A stretch of DNA of 64,000 nucleotides from Malacoraja senta (Eukaryota), in assembly GCA_038087875.1 (NCBI GenBank), contig JAXLNO010002010.1, positions 62,001-126,000 on the forward strand, written 5' to 3'. The notes beneath the pieces were generated by a model that saw only the letters and a program-made list of their open reading frames with translations, did not search any database and had not been told where the DNA came from. The position numbers were made by a program, and so were the translations under genes. Positions within the stretch are counted from its first letter, which is position 1; each line of letters begins with the position of its first letter. Shown here in pieces: positions 1 through 13,190 of this stretch.

Positions 1-649
1 TTTCTTCAGCAGGGACAGGGAAGCTGGTCAGAGTTGATGGGAAGATGGATGGAGCCAAATACAGGGCAATCTTGGAAGAAAACCTGTTAGAGTCTGCAAA
101 AGACTTGAGACTGGGGCGGAGGTTCACCTTCCAGCAGGACAACGACCCTAAACATACAGCCAGAGCTACAATGGAATGGTTTAGATCAAAGCATATTCAT
201 GTGTTAGAATGGCCCAGTCAAAGTCCAGACCTAAATCCAATTGAGAATCTCTGGCAAGACTTGAAAATTGCTGTTCACAGACGCTCTCCATCCAATCTGA
301 CTGAGCTTGAGCTATTTTGCAAAGAAGAATGGGCAAAAATTTCAGTCTCTAGATGTGCAAAGCTGGTAGAGACATACCCCAAAAGACTTGCAGCTGTAAT
401 TGCAGCGAAAGGTGGTTCTACAAAGTATTGACTCAGGGGGGCTGAATACTTTTGCACGCGACACTTTTCAGTTTTTTATTTGTAAAAAGATTTGAAAACC
501 ATGTATCATTTTCCTTCCACTTCACAATTATGCACCACTTTGTGTTGGTCTATCACATAAAATCCCAATAAAATACATTTACGTTTGTGGTTGTAACGTG
601 ACAAAATGTGGAAAAGTTCAAGGGGTATGAAAACTTTTGCAAGCCACTG
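1..649 (+). mobile_element. Tc1-family DNA transposon, 3' part with right IR/DR terminal repeat
   Basis: Transposase C-terminus followed by a terminus ...CACTG (645-649) and TA (650-651). An inner repeat GGGGCTGAATACTTTTGCA (~438) resembles the outer GGGGTATGAAAACTTTTGCA. AATAAA lies inside the TIR. Confidence 0.95.
3..431 (+). CDS. Tc1 transposase, catalytic C-terminal part (5'-partial, frame open to window edge)
   Basis: FQQDNDPKH...[15 protein letters not shown] with exactly 34 residues between the second D and the E; ends AAKGGSTKY*. Confidence 0.93.
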   Translation, partial: SSAGTGKLVRVDGKMDGAKYRAILEENLLESAKDLRLGRRFTFQQDNDPKHTARATMEWFRSKHIHVLEWPSQSPDLNPIENLWQDLKIAVHRRSPSNLTELELFCKEEWAKISVSRCAKLVETYPKRLAAVIAAKGGSTKY

Positions 650-669
650 TATGTTGCGCTATATTGTTT

Positions 670-1014
670 AGGAAGGAACTGCAGATGCTGGTTTAAACTG
701 AAGATAGGCACAAATGCTGGAGTAACTCAGCATAAATGTAGAATAGATCATTGTTAGCCAGGAGAAGGTAACAATGTCAGCTAATATTGATCTATTCTAC
801 ATTTTCCTTGATCTCCATTCCCTTTGTCTTGTTTTCGCACCTTACATTTCCTTATCTCTGCCTCTCGCTCTCCCCTGTCTCTCAATCTGAAGAAGGGCCT
901 TGACCCGAAACGTCACAATCCTTCCATCCAGAGATGCTGCCTGAGATGCTGAGTTACTCCGGCATTTGTGTCTATCTTCGGTTTAAACCAGTATCTTCAG
1001 TTCTTGCCTACACA
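670..1014. mobile_element. Penelope-like fold-back element (inverted terminal repeats, hammerhead motif at 887-914)
   Basis: The left arm GAAGGAACTGCAGATGCTGGTTTAAA is the inverse of the right arm TTTAAACCAGTATCTTCAGTTC. Contains CTGAAGA..GAAACGTC and an internal hairpin at 735-805. Confidence 0.8.
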
Positions 1015-1159
1015 ATGAGTATACAGCAGTTTGGAATTTTGGCAGATCAAGCAAGTGTTTCCTTGGTATATTTTAACAAAGCACAATTTGCTGCTGGAGT
1101 CATATATCATCAGTAATTTCAATCAAATCCTCACTTATCTGTTCCATGAAATACTCTGT

Positions 1160-1530
1160 AACCATAGAATATCGAACAGTACAGCAATGGAACAGTTCAT
1201 TTGGTCCACCATGTCTGTGCCAAACATAATGCCAAATAAAACTAATTATTTCTGCCTGCACATGATGCATATTCTGCAATTGTTGCATATTCATGACCTG
1301 ATCTAAAAGCCTCTTAAATGCCATGATCATATCTGTTTCCACCTCTACCGAGAACCTCCCAATCTCTGAGTAAACACTTGACCCGCACATCTCCTTTAAG
1401 CGTCCTCTACAGCTAGCTATACCTTCTAGTATTTGACATTTCCATCCTGGGAACAATAGATTCTGACTGTCTACACTATCTACACCTCTCATCATTTTAT
1501 AACTTCATCTCAGCCTCCGATGCACTAGAG
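1160..1530 (-). mobile_element. Degenerate CR1 LINE 3' fragment
   Basis: The minus-strand ORF begins MRGVDSVDSQNL, like the CR1 ORF2 C-terminus. Confidence 0.6.
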
Positions 1531-1714
1531 AAAACTATCCAAATTCGTGTTGTATTGTATAATTGATACAGATAATGAAATCAACAATCAAGGGCAGCAA
1601 TACACAATGCGATGAAGTAATTGGTGCCGAGACAGGAGTTTGTGAAGATCCCGTTATTAATGTGTTGCTTCATGTCATTTTTATAGATACATACAGTACA
1701 TAGATACATTGGCA

Positions 1715-4108
1715 ATCAGTGCAGGTGTAGGCTATTCGACTCTTCGAGCCAGCACCGCCATTCAATGTGATCATGGCTGATTATCCACAATCAGTACCTC
1801 GTTCATGCCTTCTCCCCATACCCCTTGATTCCTAAGAGTTCTATCTAACACTCTTTTGAATGCATCCAGTGAATCGGCCTCCACTGCCTTCTGAGGCAGA
1901 GAATTTCACATATTCACAAATGTGTGTGAGAAAGTTTTTCCTCATCTCCATTCTAAATAGCCTACACCTTATTCTTAAATGGTGGCCCCTGGTTCTGGAC
2001 TCTACCAACATCGGGAACATGTTTCCTGCATCTAGCATGTCCGATCCCTAATTTTTTTTACATGTTTCTATAAGATATCCTCTCATCCTTCTAAATTCCA
2101 GTGAATACAAGCCCAGTAGCTCCATTCTTTCATCATATGACAGTCCAGTCATCCTGTAAATTAACCTTGTGAACCTACACTGCACTCCCTCAATAGCAAG
2201 AATGTCCTTCCTGAAATTAGGAGACCAAAACTGCACACCATACTCCAGGTGTGGTCTGACCAGGGCCCTATACAACTGCAGAAGAACCTCTTTGCTCCTA
2301 TACTCAACTCCTCTCTTTATGAAGGCCAACATGCCATTAGCTTTCTTCACTGCCTGTTATACCTATATGCTTATTTTTAGGGACTGATGTACTGGGACAC
2401 TCTAGTCTCGTTGTACTTCCCCTTTTACTAACCTGACACTATTCAGATAATAATCTGCCTTCCTGTTCTTGCCACCGAAGTCGATAACCTCACATTTATC
2501 CGCATTATACTGCATCTGCCATGCGTCTGCCCACTCACCCAACCTGTCCAAGTCACTCTGCATCCTCATAGCATCCTCTGCACAGTTCACACTGCCACCC
2601 AGCTCTGTGTCATCTACAAATTTGCTAATGCTACTTTTAATTCCTTCATCTAAATCATTACTGCATATTGTAAATAACTGCAGTCCCAGCACCGAGCCTT
2701 GCGGCACCCCACTAGTCACTGCCTGCCATTCTGAAAGGGACCCGTTAATCCCTACTCTTTGTTTACTGTCTGCCAACCAATTTTCTATCCATGTCAATAC
2801 TCTAACATGTGCTCTAATTTTGCCCACTAATCTCCTGTGTGGGACCTTATCAAAGGCTTTCTGAAAGTCCAGGTACACTACATCCACTGACTCTCCTTTG
2901 TCCATTTTACTTGTTACATCCTTAAGAAATTCCAGAAGATTTGTCAAGCATTATTTCCTCTTCATAACTGACTTCATGCTGACTTGGACCGATCCTGTTA
3001 CTGCTATCCAAATTTGCCACTATTACATCTTTTATAATTGACTCCAGCATCTTCCCCACCACCGATGTCAGGCTAAATGGTGTATAATTCCCTGCTTTCT
3101 CTCTCCCTCCTTTCTTGAAAAGTGGGATAACATTAGCTACCCTCCAATCCACTGGAACTGATCCACAATCTATAAAACATTGGAAAATGATCACCAATGC
3201 ATCCACAATTTCTAGAGCCACGTCCTTGAGTACCTTGGGATGCAGACCATCAGGCTATGGGGATTTATCAGCCTTCAGTCCGATCAGTCTATCCAACACC
3301 ATTTCCTGTCTAATGTGAATTTCCTTCAGTTCCTCCATCACCCTAGGTCCTCTGTCCCCTAGTACATCTGGGAGATTGTTTGTGTCTTCCTTAGTGAAGA
3401 CAGAACCAAAGTACCTGTTGAACTCATCTGCCATTTCCTTGTTCCCCATAATAAATTCACCTGTTTCTGTCTTCAAGGGACCCACATTTGTCTTAACTAA
3501 TTGTTTTCCCTTCACATACCTAGAGAAGCTATTACTATCCTCCTTTATATTCTTGGCTAGCTTACCTTCATACTACATCTCTTCTCCCTGTATTGCCTTT
3601 TTAGTTACCTTCTGTTGATCTTTAAAAGTTGCCCATTCCTTTGGCTTCCCACTCATCTTTGCTATGTTATACGTTTTCTCTTTTATTTTTATACTGTCCT
3701 TGACTTCCCTTGTCAGCCAAGGTCTCCTCTTACTCCCCTTAGAATCTTTCTTCCTCTTTGGAATGAAATGACGACCATGCATCTTCTGGATTATCCCCCA
3801 AAACACCTGCCATTGCTGTTTGTTATCCCTGCTAGGGTCCCTTTCCAGTCAACTTTGGCCAGCTCCTCCCTCATGCCAGCATAGTCCCCTTTGTTTAACT
3901 GCAATACTGACAATTCCGATTTTACCTTCTCCCTCTCAAATTGCAGATTAAAACTTATCATGTTATGGGCACTACCTCCTAATAGTTCCTTTACCTTGAA
4001 TTCCCTTATCAAATGCGGTTCAATACACAACACTAAATACAGAATTGCCTTCTCCCTGATTGGCTCCAGTACCAGCTGCTCTAAGAATCCATCTCGAGGC
4101 ATTCTACA
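1715..4108 (-). mobile_element. CR1 (HER1-like) LINE, 5'-truncated, frameshifted ORF2
   Basis: Fragments VDVVYLDFQKAFDKVPH, SGVPQGSVLG, SKFVDD and LYRALVRPHLEY, plus the endonuclease tail (DGFLEQLV); 3' UTR GGCTCGAAG. Confidence 0.95.
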
Positions 4109-4989
4109 AATATGAGGGGAATTAATGGAGGGGAAAAATGATATGCAAACAAAATTAATGGCGATAAATATAACTAAAGTTTCTGGTACTTTGTACATTA
4201 TGTATAATTTAGACGTAACAAGAACAAGATGTCTGCTGCAACACTGCCTAAATGACCATTAGGCACAGCAGCCTTCGACAAGCTCTCCCAGTCTCTGCTA
4301 ACAATCTTTAATCCTAGCACGCTGTAATGGTGCTGTAATGTTGCACTTACACTGAAGTGACCCTGTGATATCTTCCAGTTGTATTAGAACAGTTCTCCTC
4401 CTGAGCTCCTTCCGCACGCTTCATCATCCATTATAAACAGTAACCCTATGCGATGGAGGATCACCAGAGATGAAAGATGGGAATAGTGAAAGAGATATCC
4501 TGTTTGTACATATTTAGAGAAGGGCAGAGAGGCAGAAGGGGTGTGTGATTGAGTAGGGAAAATGGTGAACAGTGGAGTATTTGGATTCAAACTCCAACCT
4601 TACTTAAAAACATAAGCGCCAGCTGTTTACTCTGAGAAATGTCTGTCAGCGCAGATCCTTTTGCCAAAATATCCGTAGCATCTTTCATCAGTTGAACATT
4701 CACCTCTCCAAATGAATAATAAGCCCATGGAGAAGTTGAAGCAGACCCTCAAGAGACAAAATTTTATGAATAATATTTTTTAGTGAAAATCTTTCACATG
4801 CAATGTCTGTGGTTGATTTCACTGAGAAAGCAAGGTTAAAGAAATAGCGAGCTTCTTGTGATGGTATAGATAGTATGTGCATGGTAGATATGGTATATAT
4901 GGTATGCTATCTATTGTATATCATCAATGCTGATAGTATAGTATAGATGGTGTAGAGCAAGCAAAAAGAAAGACACACACATATGTTTT

Positions 4990-5203
4990 TTGGGAAGAAG
5001 GTACAGGAGCCTGAACAATGTAACATCCAGGTTCAGGAACAGCTTCTTCCCTACAGCCATCAGGCTATTAAACACGACAGCAAATAAGCTCTGAATTACA
5101 ACAGACTATTATTATTATTGCACTATATTTGTTTATTTATTGAGTTTTTGTGCATGTGTACATATTTCATTGTCCTATCTGGGACAAATGACAATAAAAC
5201 ACT
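4990..5203 (+). mobile_element. Rex1/Babar-like LINE 3' fragment (tail resumes at 6365-6390)
   Basis: Encodes GRRYRSL...SRFRNSFFPTAIRLLN; the tail ACAATAAAACACTCTTGA is split by the L1 insertion. Confidence 0.65.
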
Positions 5204-6364
5204 TTTTTAAATTTTTTTTATTTTTATTTTATTAGAAGTAAGTACAATTGTATACAATCATATTTTCATAATACATTTTATGTACAGCTTCTTATTTTTT
5301 TTTTTTATAATAAAGAAGAAAAATAAAAATATGTTAGATAATGAAGTATAGAAAAGTGTGAGATATATAGTGTGTGGAAAAGAAAAATAGAAAGTGAAAG
5401 AAGAAAGTTAAAGAATAGAAAATAGGAAAAAGAGAATAAAAGAAGAAAAGGGAAGAAAAAGAAAAAAGAAGTAAGGAGATCTTATTTATAATCTTGACCA
5501 TCCCTCGCCCAGTCACGAGTTAGCTTTTACAATTGTGTTGCACCATATGATTCCAAAAAGACGACAAATGGAGACCAACTCGTTGTGAATTGGTCAAATT
5601 GATCTATTAGGAGGAATCGCATTTCCTCAAGATGTGCGGTGTCCAACATACTTGCAATCCACATTTTGAGTGTTGGTATTGGTGTATTTTTCCAAAATTT
5701 AAGTATTAATTTTTTTGCTATTATTAAACCATAATTAAAAAATAATTTTTGAGATGGATTCAATTTATTCCCATCTTCCATTACCCCAAATATAATCAAT
5801 TCATTATTAGGTTCCATTTTTATCTTAAATAATTTTGTGAATATTTCGAAAATATCACTCCAAAATCTATAAAGTTTTATACAGGAAGCAAAAGAGTGTG
5901 TTATAGTTGCATCTTGGGTTAAATATTTATCGCAAGCGGGGGATATATTTGGGTAAAATTTATTTAATCTTGTTTTTGAGTAATATAATCTATGTTAAAT
6001 TTTAAATTGAATTAAATTATGTCTTGCATTAATTGAACATTTGTGAATGTATGTCAAATACTTTTCCCATGTAACCTTCGTAATTTTTACCATTAATTCC
6101 CATTCCCACTCTTCTCTAATTACCTCTGTCGCTGGTAAATCTATATTTAAAATACTATTATATAAATATGATATTAATTTTTGTGTATCAGCTTTAATCT
6201 TCCTTACTTCTTCCAATAAATCAGGAATTATTTTTTGATATCCTTGTATGTATGTCTTCAAGAAATTGCAAATCTGAAAATATTTAAAATAATGATTGTT
6301 TTTCAATTTAAATTTTAATTGTAATTGTTGAAATGATAGTAAATCTCCCATTTCATACATGTCC
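5204..6364 (-). mobile_element. L1/Tx1-like LINE, 5'-truncated, with poly(A) tail and 13-bp TSD
   Basis: ORF2 C-terminal peptides (KCSINARHNLIQFK, AKKLILKFWK). The poly-T at 5204-5230 is the minus-strand tail. TSD ACAATAAAACACT at 5191-5203 and 6365-6377. Confidence 0.85.
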
Positions 6365-7081
6365 ACAATAAAACACTCTTGATTCTTATTGCTCTAGTTA
6401 CTTTTCGATGAGCAGTTCAAATCACAAAAATTGCTAAAAATCTGAGAATTGAAAAAATAATTTTGCCTGATTCAAAGACACTTGAGCAGGTACATGGATA
6501 AAAAATGTCTAAAGGGATATGGGCCAAATGTGGGGAAATGGGACTAGCTTAGATGGGGAATTTTGGTCGGCATGGACCTGCTTCTGTGCAGTATGACTTT
6601 ATGACTCTATCACTAACAACATTTTATACAATTGTAAAAGACCAGCAGGATTGTCCATGGCTTTCTCTCATTCAAAATGTTACCCGCTCTCACACGTGCC
6701 ATTAAATAACAGGGGCAAACACTTGTACTAAATTCAGAGCAATATATGCAGCTACATACTCCTCACAAATGTTAACTCTTTAGTTTCTCACTTAAGCATT
6801 TAGCAAATATTTCAACTCGCATGCAATGACCTCATTGCAAGACTTGCTAATGTGCATCTCAGAATACTGCAAAAGGTTATCTGAAATGCAAGCCTCACAT
6901 TTCTATAATGCCTCTCACAACCTGAATATATCTCAAAATAATTTACGCGAGTCAAAGAACTTTTAAGCATTAGGTGGTCACGTATATGAATGGACATTCA
7001 AGAACCATAGGGGACAAAATTAAATGGAAGGCTCGGAATATGTACCGAATCATCCTGAGGACTAATTAGTCCACATGAAAC

Positions 7082-7372
7082 AGAGTGGCACAGCTGGTAG
7101 AGCTGCTACCTCACAGGACCAGACACCCGAGTTTGAACCCGGGCAATGAAGTTTGCGCGTTCTCCCTGCGACTGCATGGGCTTCTTCCAGGTGCTCTGGT
7201 TTCCTCCCACATCCCAGAGATGAGTGGGTTTGTAGGTTAATTGGCCTCTGTAAATTGCGCCTCATGTAGGGAGTGGATGCGAAAGTGGGATAACATAGAA
7301 CTTGTGTAAATAGGTGATCAATGGTTGGCATGGACTTAGTTGGCCAAAGGGACTGGTTCCATGCAATATCTT
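7082..7372 (+). mobile_element. tRNA-derived V-SINE (HE1-like)
   Basis: A-box-like head GTGGCACAGCTGG, core GGTGCTCTGGTTTCCTCCCACATCCC, CR1-type tail. Confidence 0.8.
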
Positions 7373-7815
7373 TCAATCAAAGAGCCACGCAAAGTATTTG
7401 CATCAATACAGAGAGCTGTTTACTGAAAAAGGCATAGACTGTTGGAATGACTCAAAGGGTCAGCTAGCATTTCTGGAGATCATGGATAGGCAATATTTCA
7501 GGTTGGAAGAAGTGTGTGGACCCAAGATGTCATCGATCCATGTTCTCCAGAGGTGCTGCCTGACCTGCTGTTACTCCAGCACTTTGTGGCATTTTTTGTA
7601 ATCAGCATTGCAGTTCCTTATGCTATATATTCTGTATGTTAGCTAGATATGCTAATTAAGCTTCCAATACAGCTGTTGGCTTTGAATCTGACTAATTTAA
7701 TGTTTTAGGCAAAGTCAGGCCAGAGACAAACCAGGGTATTTTTGTGGAGCCTGAGATATTCACTTGCACGACACAGATGTGAAACAGTAGTACACCTTTT
7801 TACAAATGTTTGGCA

Positions 7816-9620
7816 TAGACAATAGACAATAGACAATAGACAATAGACAATAGCTGCAGAAGTAGGCCATTTGGCCCTTCGAGCCAGCACCGCCATTCAA
7901 TGTGATCATGGCTGATCATCCCCAATCAGTACCCCGTTCCTGCCTTCTCCCCATATCCCCTGACTCCGCTATCTTTAAGAGCCCTATCTAGCTCTCTCTT
8001 GAAAGCATCCAGAGAACCTGCCTCCACCGCCCTCTGAAGCAGAGAATTCCACAGACTCACAACTCTCTGTGAGAAAAAGTGTTTCCTCGTCTCTGTTCTA
8101 AATGGCTTACCCCTTATTCTTAAACTGTGGCCCCTGGTTCTGGACTCCCCCAACATTGGAAACATGTTTTCTGCCTCTAGCCTGACCAAACCCTTAACAA
8201 TGTTATATGTTTCAATAAGATTCCCTCTCATCCTTATAAACTCCAGATTGTACAAGCCCAGCCGCTCCATTCTCTCAGCATATAACAGTCCCGCCATCCC
8301 GAGAATTAACCTTGTAAACCTACGCTGCACTCCCTCAAAAGCAAGAATGTCCTTCCTCAAATTAGGGGACCAAAACTGCACATAATACTCCAGGTGTGGT
8401 CTCACTAGGGCTCTGTACAACTGTAGAAGGACCTCTTTGCTCCTATACTGGACTCCTCTTGTTATAAAGGCCAACATGCCATTCGCTTTCTTCACTGCCT
8501 GCAGTACCTGCATGCTTACTTTCATAGACCGATGAACAAGGACCCCCGGATCCCGTTGTACTTCCCCTTTTCCCAACTTGACGCCATTTAGATAGTAATC
8601 TGCCTTCCTGTTTTTGATACCAAAGTGGATAACCTCACATTTATCCAAATTAAACTTCATCTGCCATGCATCTGCCCACTCCCCCAACCTGTACAAGTCA
8701 CCCTGCATTCTCATAGCATCCTCCTCACAGTTCACTAGTGTTACTTTGAATCCCTTCATCCAAATCATTGATGTATATTGTAAATAGCTGCGGTCCCAGC
8801 ACCGAGCCTTGCAGTACCCCACTCGTCACTGCCTGCCATTCTGAAAGGGACCCGTTAATCCCTACTCTTTGTTTCCTGTCTACCAACCAATTTTCTATCC
8901 ATGTCAGCGCTCTACCCACAATACCATGTGCCCTAATTTTGCCCACTGATCTCCTATGTGGGACCTTATCAAATGCTTTCTGAAATTCCAGGTACACTAC
9001 ATCCACTGGCTCTCCCTTGTCCATTTTCCTAGTTACATCTTCAAAAAATTCCAGAAGATTAGTCAAGCATGATTTCCCCTTCGTAAATCCATGCTGACTT
9101 AAACCGATCCTGTTACTGCTATCCAAATGTGCAGCTATTTCATCTTTTATAATTGACTCCAGCATCTTCCCCACCACCGATGTCAAGCTAACTGGTCTAT
9201 ATTTCCCTGTTTTCTCTCTCCCGCCTTTCTTAAAAAGTGGGATAACATTAGCTACCCTCCAATCCACAGGAACTGATCCTGAGTCTATAGAACATTGGAA
9301 CATTTCCATGATTTCCAGAGCCACTTCCTTAAGTACCCTGGGGTGCAGACCATCAGGCCCTGGGGATTTATCAGACTTCAGTCCCATCAGTCTACCCAAC
9401 ACCATTTCCTGCCTAATGTGGATTTGCTTCAGTTCCTCCGTAACCCCAGATCCTCTGGCCACTACTATATCAGGAAGATTGTTTGTGCCCTCCTTAGTGA
9501 AGACGGATCCAAAGTACCTGTTCAACTCATCTGCCATTTCCATGTTCCCCATAATAAATTCATCATTTTCGATCTTCAAGGGTCCAACTTTGGTCTTAAC
9601 TAATTTTTTTCTCTTCACAT
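7816..9620 (-). mobile_element. CR1 LINE, 5'-truncated, (AGACAAT)n tail
   Basis: Two ~297-aa ORF2 pieces; a deletion near 8735 removes the FADD motif and shifts the frame; microsatellite tail at 7816-7852. Confidence 0.95.
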
Positions 9621-10389
9621 ACTCTAGGTATCTTTCAAACAGTTCAAAGCTCTAACTATTTTCTGACCAATAATGCCATTATTGATCAGAACACAGTGCA
9701 TCTCGAATCTCCAACATCCAGTGTAGCAAACATGGGAGTCATCTTCCAGGAAACACTAGGAGAATTATATATGTATCTCCCCAAAATGGCCTTTGTAGCA
9801 AAAATATGGATGTGGCAACACTAGCACAGCAATGCAAATTAGGAAATGGAAAACTATAACAAAATTGTCACCAGAAAATCTCTAGCAGCAAAATGAAATT
9901 GGAAGCCGTCAGAAGATTTGTTGTGACACAACTTCCATCAGTATGTGAACTCATTATTTCATTTTATAGCAATTACAATTAAAGAGTACCACATGATTGC
10001 CCTTTATATGCAGGGCACTAAATACAACTGGAATGCGAACAGAAAATATTGCATTTGACAAGAGGGGAAAAAGCAGACAAATATTTGAGGTAGAATTCAT
10101 TAAAACAGCATGGCCATAACTTAAATCTAAGAATTACCGACAGTAATAGAAACGCAGAAGCTTGCAGCACCAAAGGTCAACCTGTTGCATCTGTATCAGA
10201 TCTTCTTTCTTAGAGCAATCCAAGCCTAATCCTCCTGCCCTATTCTATCCCCTGATGCTCTGTTTGTCTTCCTCTGCTTCAAATGTTTATCTCTCTATCC
10301 CTTGAAAAAATGCAATGGTCTCCTCTGCAATTACTCCCAGTAGTAAACCATTCCATGGTCTAACAACTATCTAATTATTTAGGATTCTA

Positions 10390-10725
10390 AACCTTGTTTT
10401 TAAATCCTTCTGTAACCTCACCTCTTCTTATCTCTTTAACCTCTTCCAGCCTTCAAACCCTCTGAGATCTCAATGCTCTCCCAATCTGGTCTCCTGTGCA
10501 TCTCCGATTTTCATCTCTCCGGTTTTAGTGGGTGTGTCTTTAACTGACTGAGCCTGAAGCTCTGGAATTTCCTTTCTGAGCCTCTGTGCATTCTTCTTCT
10601 TTAAAACACTCTGTAAAACTTGCCTCTCATTTCTTCATATGGTTCAGTTTAATGATCCTCCCATTAGGTTCTTTGGGATGCTTTGTTACCTTAAAAGAGT
10701 TAAATAAATGCATGTCTGCTGTTTT
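10390..10725 (+). mobile_element. Ancient L2-like LINE 3' end
   Basis: Degenerate residues resembling PPYL..LLQP..P.RSL.S...GLL and KLWN; 3' tail TTTGGGATG...TAAATGCA. Confidence 0.5.
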
Positions 10726-11249
10726 GTTAATTAAAATTGTTCTTCCTATCTACCACAGACTCTGAGAGTCAATTTTATCCTTATGACAGAAAGGTTTTCC
10801 CTATTTACCCTATCATATCTGAAACCTCCATTAAATCGCTAACTTTGTTCCTTTGGGCTGCATTTAAAAAAAAAAAAAATTATTTCAATCATTTCTGTTG
10901 ACATCATTCATTCTGGTGAATCAATACTTTACGCCATCTGATCTTGTACAGGTACTTTTATGGAGTCATAAAAATATCAAGCATGGAAGTAGTCCATTCA
11001 ATCCATTGTGGCAGTGTTGACTCTTTAAATGAAGCATCCAATTTTACCCATCTTCCCCTGTTACCAATATCTTCAAGAATATATCAATTTTTATTCAAGC
11101 ACTGCCATAATATTTGCAGAGAAATTCTTATTAATCATCTGACATTCCTTTTATTTTTTATCTCTCACCAATGTAAACTATGTCAATATTCATGTCTGTT
11201 AAGATCATCAACAGGAATTGGCATTCCAAAACCAATGTATAAATAAGAT

Positions 11250-11520
11250 AGAAACATAAAAACATAGAATATAGGTGCAGGAGTTGGCCATTTGGCCCTT
11301 CGAGCCAGCACCGTCATTCAATATGATCATGGCTGATCATCCAAAATCAGTCTGAAGAACGGTCTTGACCTGACACATCGCCTATTCCTTCTCTCCTTAG
11401 ATGCTGCCTCACCCGCTGAGTTTCTCCAGCATTTTTGTCTACCTTCCAAAATCAGTACCTTGTTCCTGCTTTCTTCCCATATCCCTTGATTCCATTAGCC
11501 CTAAGAGCTAAATCTAACTC
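11250..11520 (-). mobile_element. CR1 3' UTR fragment interrupted by a PLE repeat (11352-11444)
   Basis: (ATAGAAAC)n tail; TSD TCCAAAATCAGT at 11340-11351 and 11445-11456. Confidence 0.85.
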
Positions 11521-11974
11521 ATAGATTTTTAAGGGAAACAAAATGAATAGTGTTTAAGAAAGAACTGCAGATGCTGGAAAAATCGAAGGTAGACAAAAAT
11601 GCTGGAGAAACTCAGCAGGTGAGACAGCATCTATGGAGTGAAGGAATAGGTGACGTTTCAGGTCGAGACCCAATGAATAGTGTTTATGTCACCTCTCAGG
11701 GTTTCTATGGATATTCTGCTGACATTTTGGCAGATGATCAAATGAAGCTCAAGATAGTGACAATGGCAATTGTTTTGGCAGTTAAATTTAGTTACGACAT
11801 TCAGTAAATCATGTACTCCTGTAATCATGTGAAGCAGCTGAGATTGCTGATTTATCCACACATGTTTCATAAATATGCATTCAGTTTCTCCCACCTGTCC
11901 TGCAGTGGGAAGGGTTTCAAAAATCACCACAATTAAACAGAATACTCATACTCATACTCATACTCATACCAATT

Positions 11975-12352
11975 TAAAAAATAACCAACCTGATCTCCCG
12001 GTGACTCAGCACATCAACTCCCCCTCCCATTCCAAATCCGAACTTTCTGTCCTGGGCCTCCTCCATGGCCAGAGTGAGTCCCACAGCAAATTGGAGGAGC
12101 AGCACCTCATATTTCACTTGGGTAGTTTACACCCCAGCAGTATGAACATTGACTTCTCCAAGTCCTTGCTTTCTCCCTCCTTCCCCTCCCCCTTCCCTGC
12201 TCTCCCACAGCCTACTGTCTCCACCTCTTCCTTTCTTTTTCCCACCCCCCCCAGACATCAGTCTGAAGAAAGGTCTCAACCCGAAACGTCACCTATTCCT
12301 TCGCTCCATAGATGCTGCCTCACCCGCTGAGTTTCTCCAGCATTTTTGTCTA
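11975..12352 (+). mobile_element. Penelope-like element 3' end (GIY-YIG C-terminus plus terminal repeat, hammerhead motif 12263-12290)
   Basis: NNQPDLPVTQH..SPSHS..LSVLGL..KLEEQHLIFHLGSLHP; same family as 15470-15930. Confidence 0.85.
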
Positions 12353-12759
12353 CTTTATTAACCAAGTATGTTTTGCAACATACGAGGAATTTTCATTTTA
12401 ACATGCGAGTAACATTCATTTTTTAAGGGGTTTGTTTTGTTTTCTCTCCTCTGTGAATTTAGTCATAGTTGCTGAGATGACTCATTCTATTCAATGTGAG
12501 AAGTTCATTTCCCCATAGGAATTGGGTCTTGCTGAATATTAGAAAGAAGAACAATCAAAAATGGGATAAGTCAGGCTCCATAGAGGAAGTCTTTGCCTTC
12601 ACCTGGAACCTAGTGGCAGATACCTCAGTTTGTTAGAGAACCAGTGCTAACTGTGCTAAAAATTTACAAGGGAGCTGTGGCAAAAGATCAAGGTGTATAC
12701 AGCAAACTACTCCAACAAATGCAATATGGCCAGTGTTAACAAGATTACATTGCTCCTTA

Positions 12760-13042
12760 GAAATGTGAAATCGACATCGACAATTGGGAAATTGGGAAAC
12801 CAATGCCAAGGACAGGAAACTCTGGCGAACCATCATCCAAGAAGGAACAGCGATCTTCGAAGCCAAGAGATGCGCAGAATTAGAAGAAAAGAGAAGAAAA
12901 CGGAAACAGAGGCAGCAACGACCAAAGCCCGATCTGCCATCTGGAATTTCAAAGCCAGGATTGGACTCATAAGCCACCTGAGAGTCCATAAAAACAATAG
13001 AACCTAGACCATCATCCTCTACCTCGAGGTATAGCCACGATG
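12760..13042 (+). mobile_element. RTE-clade LINE 3' end with 13-bp TSD
   Basis: WETNAKDRKLWRTIIQEG...EEKRRKRK and ARIGLISHLRVH; TSD ACATTGCTCCTTA at 12747-12759 and 13043-13055. Confidence 0.85.
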
Positions 13043-13154
13043 ACATTGCTCCTTAATTGTTATTGTTTAGTTTAAATTTATGCTCTCACTGTTTATATCA
13101 ATTTCATGAAGCCAATGGACTTTATGTAGATAAATATTGCTGGTGTCATTGCTA

Positions 13155-13190
13155 GGGTCTGAAGAAGGGTCACAACCCGAAACGTCACCT
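13155..13190 (+). ncRNA. Minimal type I hammerhead ribozyme motif in a PLE terminal repeat (repeat 13155-13252)
   Basis: GGGT-CTGAAGA-A-GGGT(CACA)ACCC-GAAAC-GTC-ACCT: helix I GGGT/ACCT, helix II, conserved core, palindromic ACGT helix III. Confidence 0.7.

Noticed and set aside
2169-9655. Plus-strand ORFs overlapping the CR1 elements
   Set aside because: Antisense shadow frames of CR1 ORF2, repeated in every copy.
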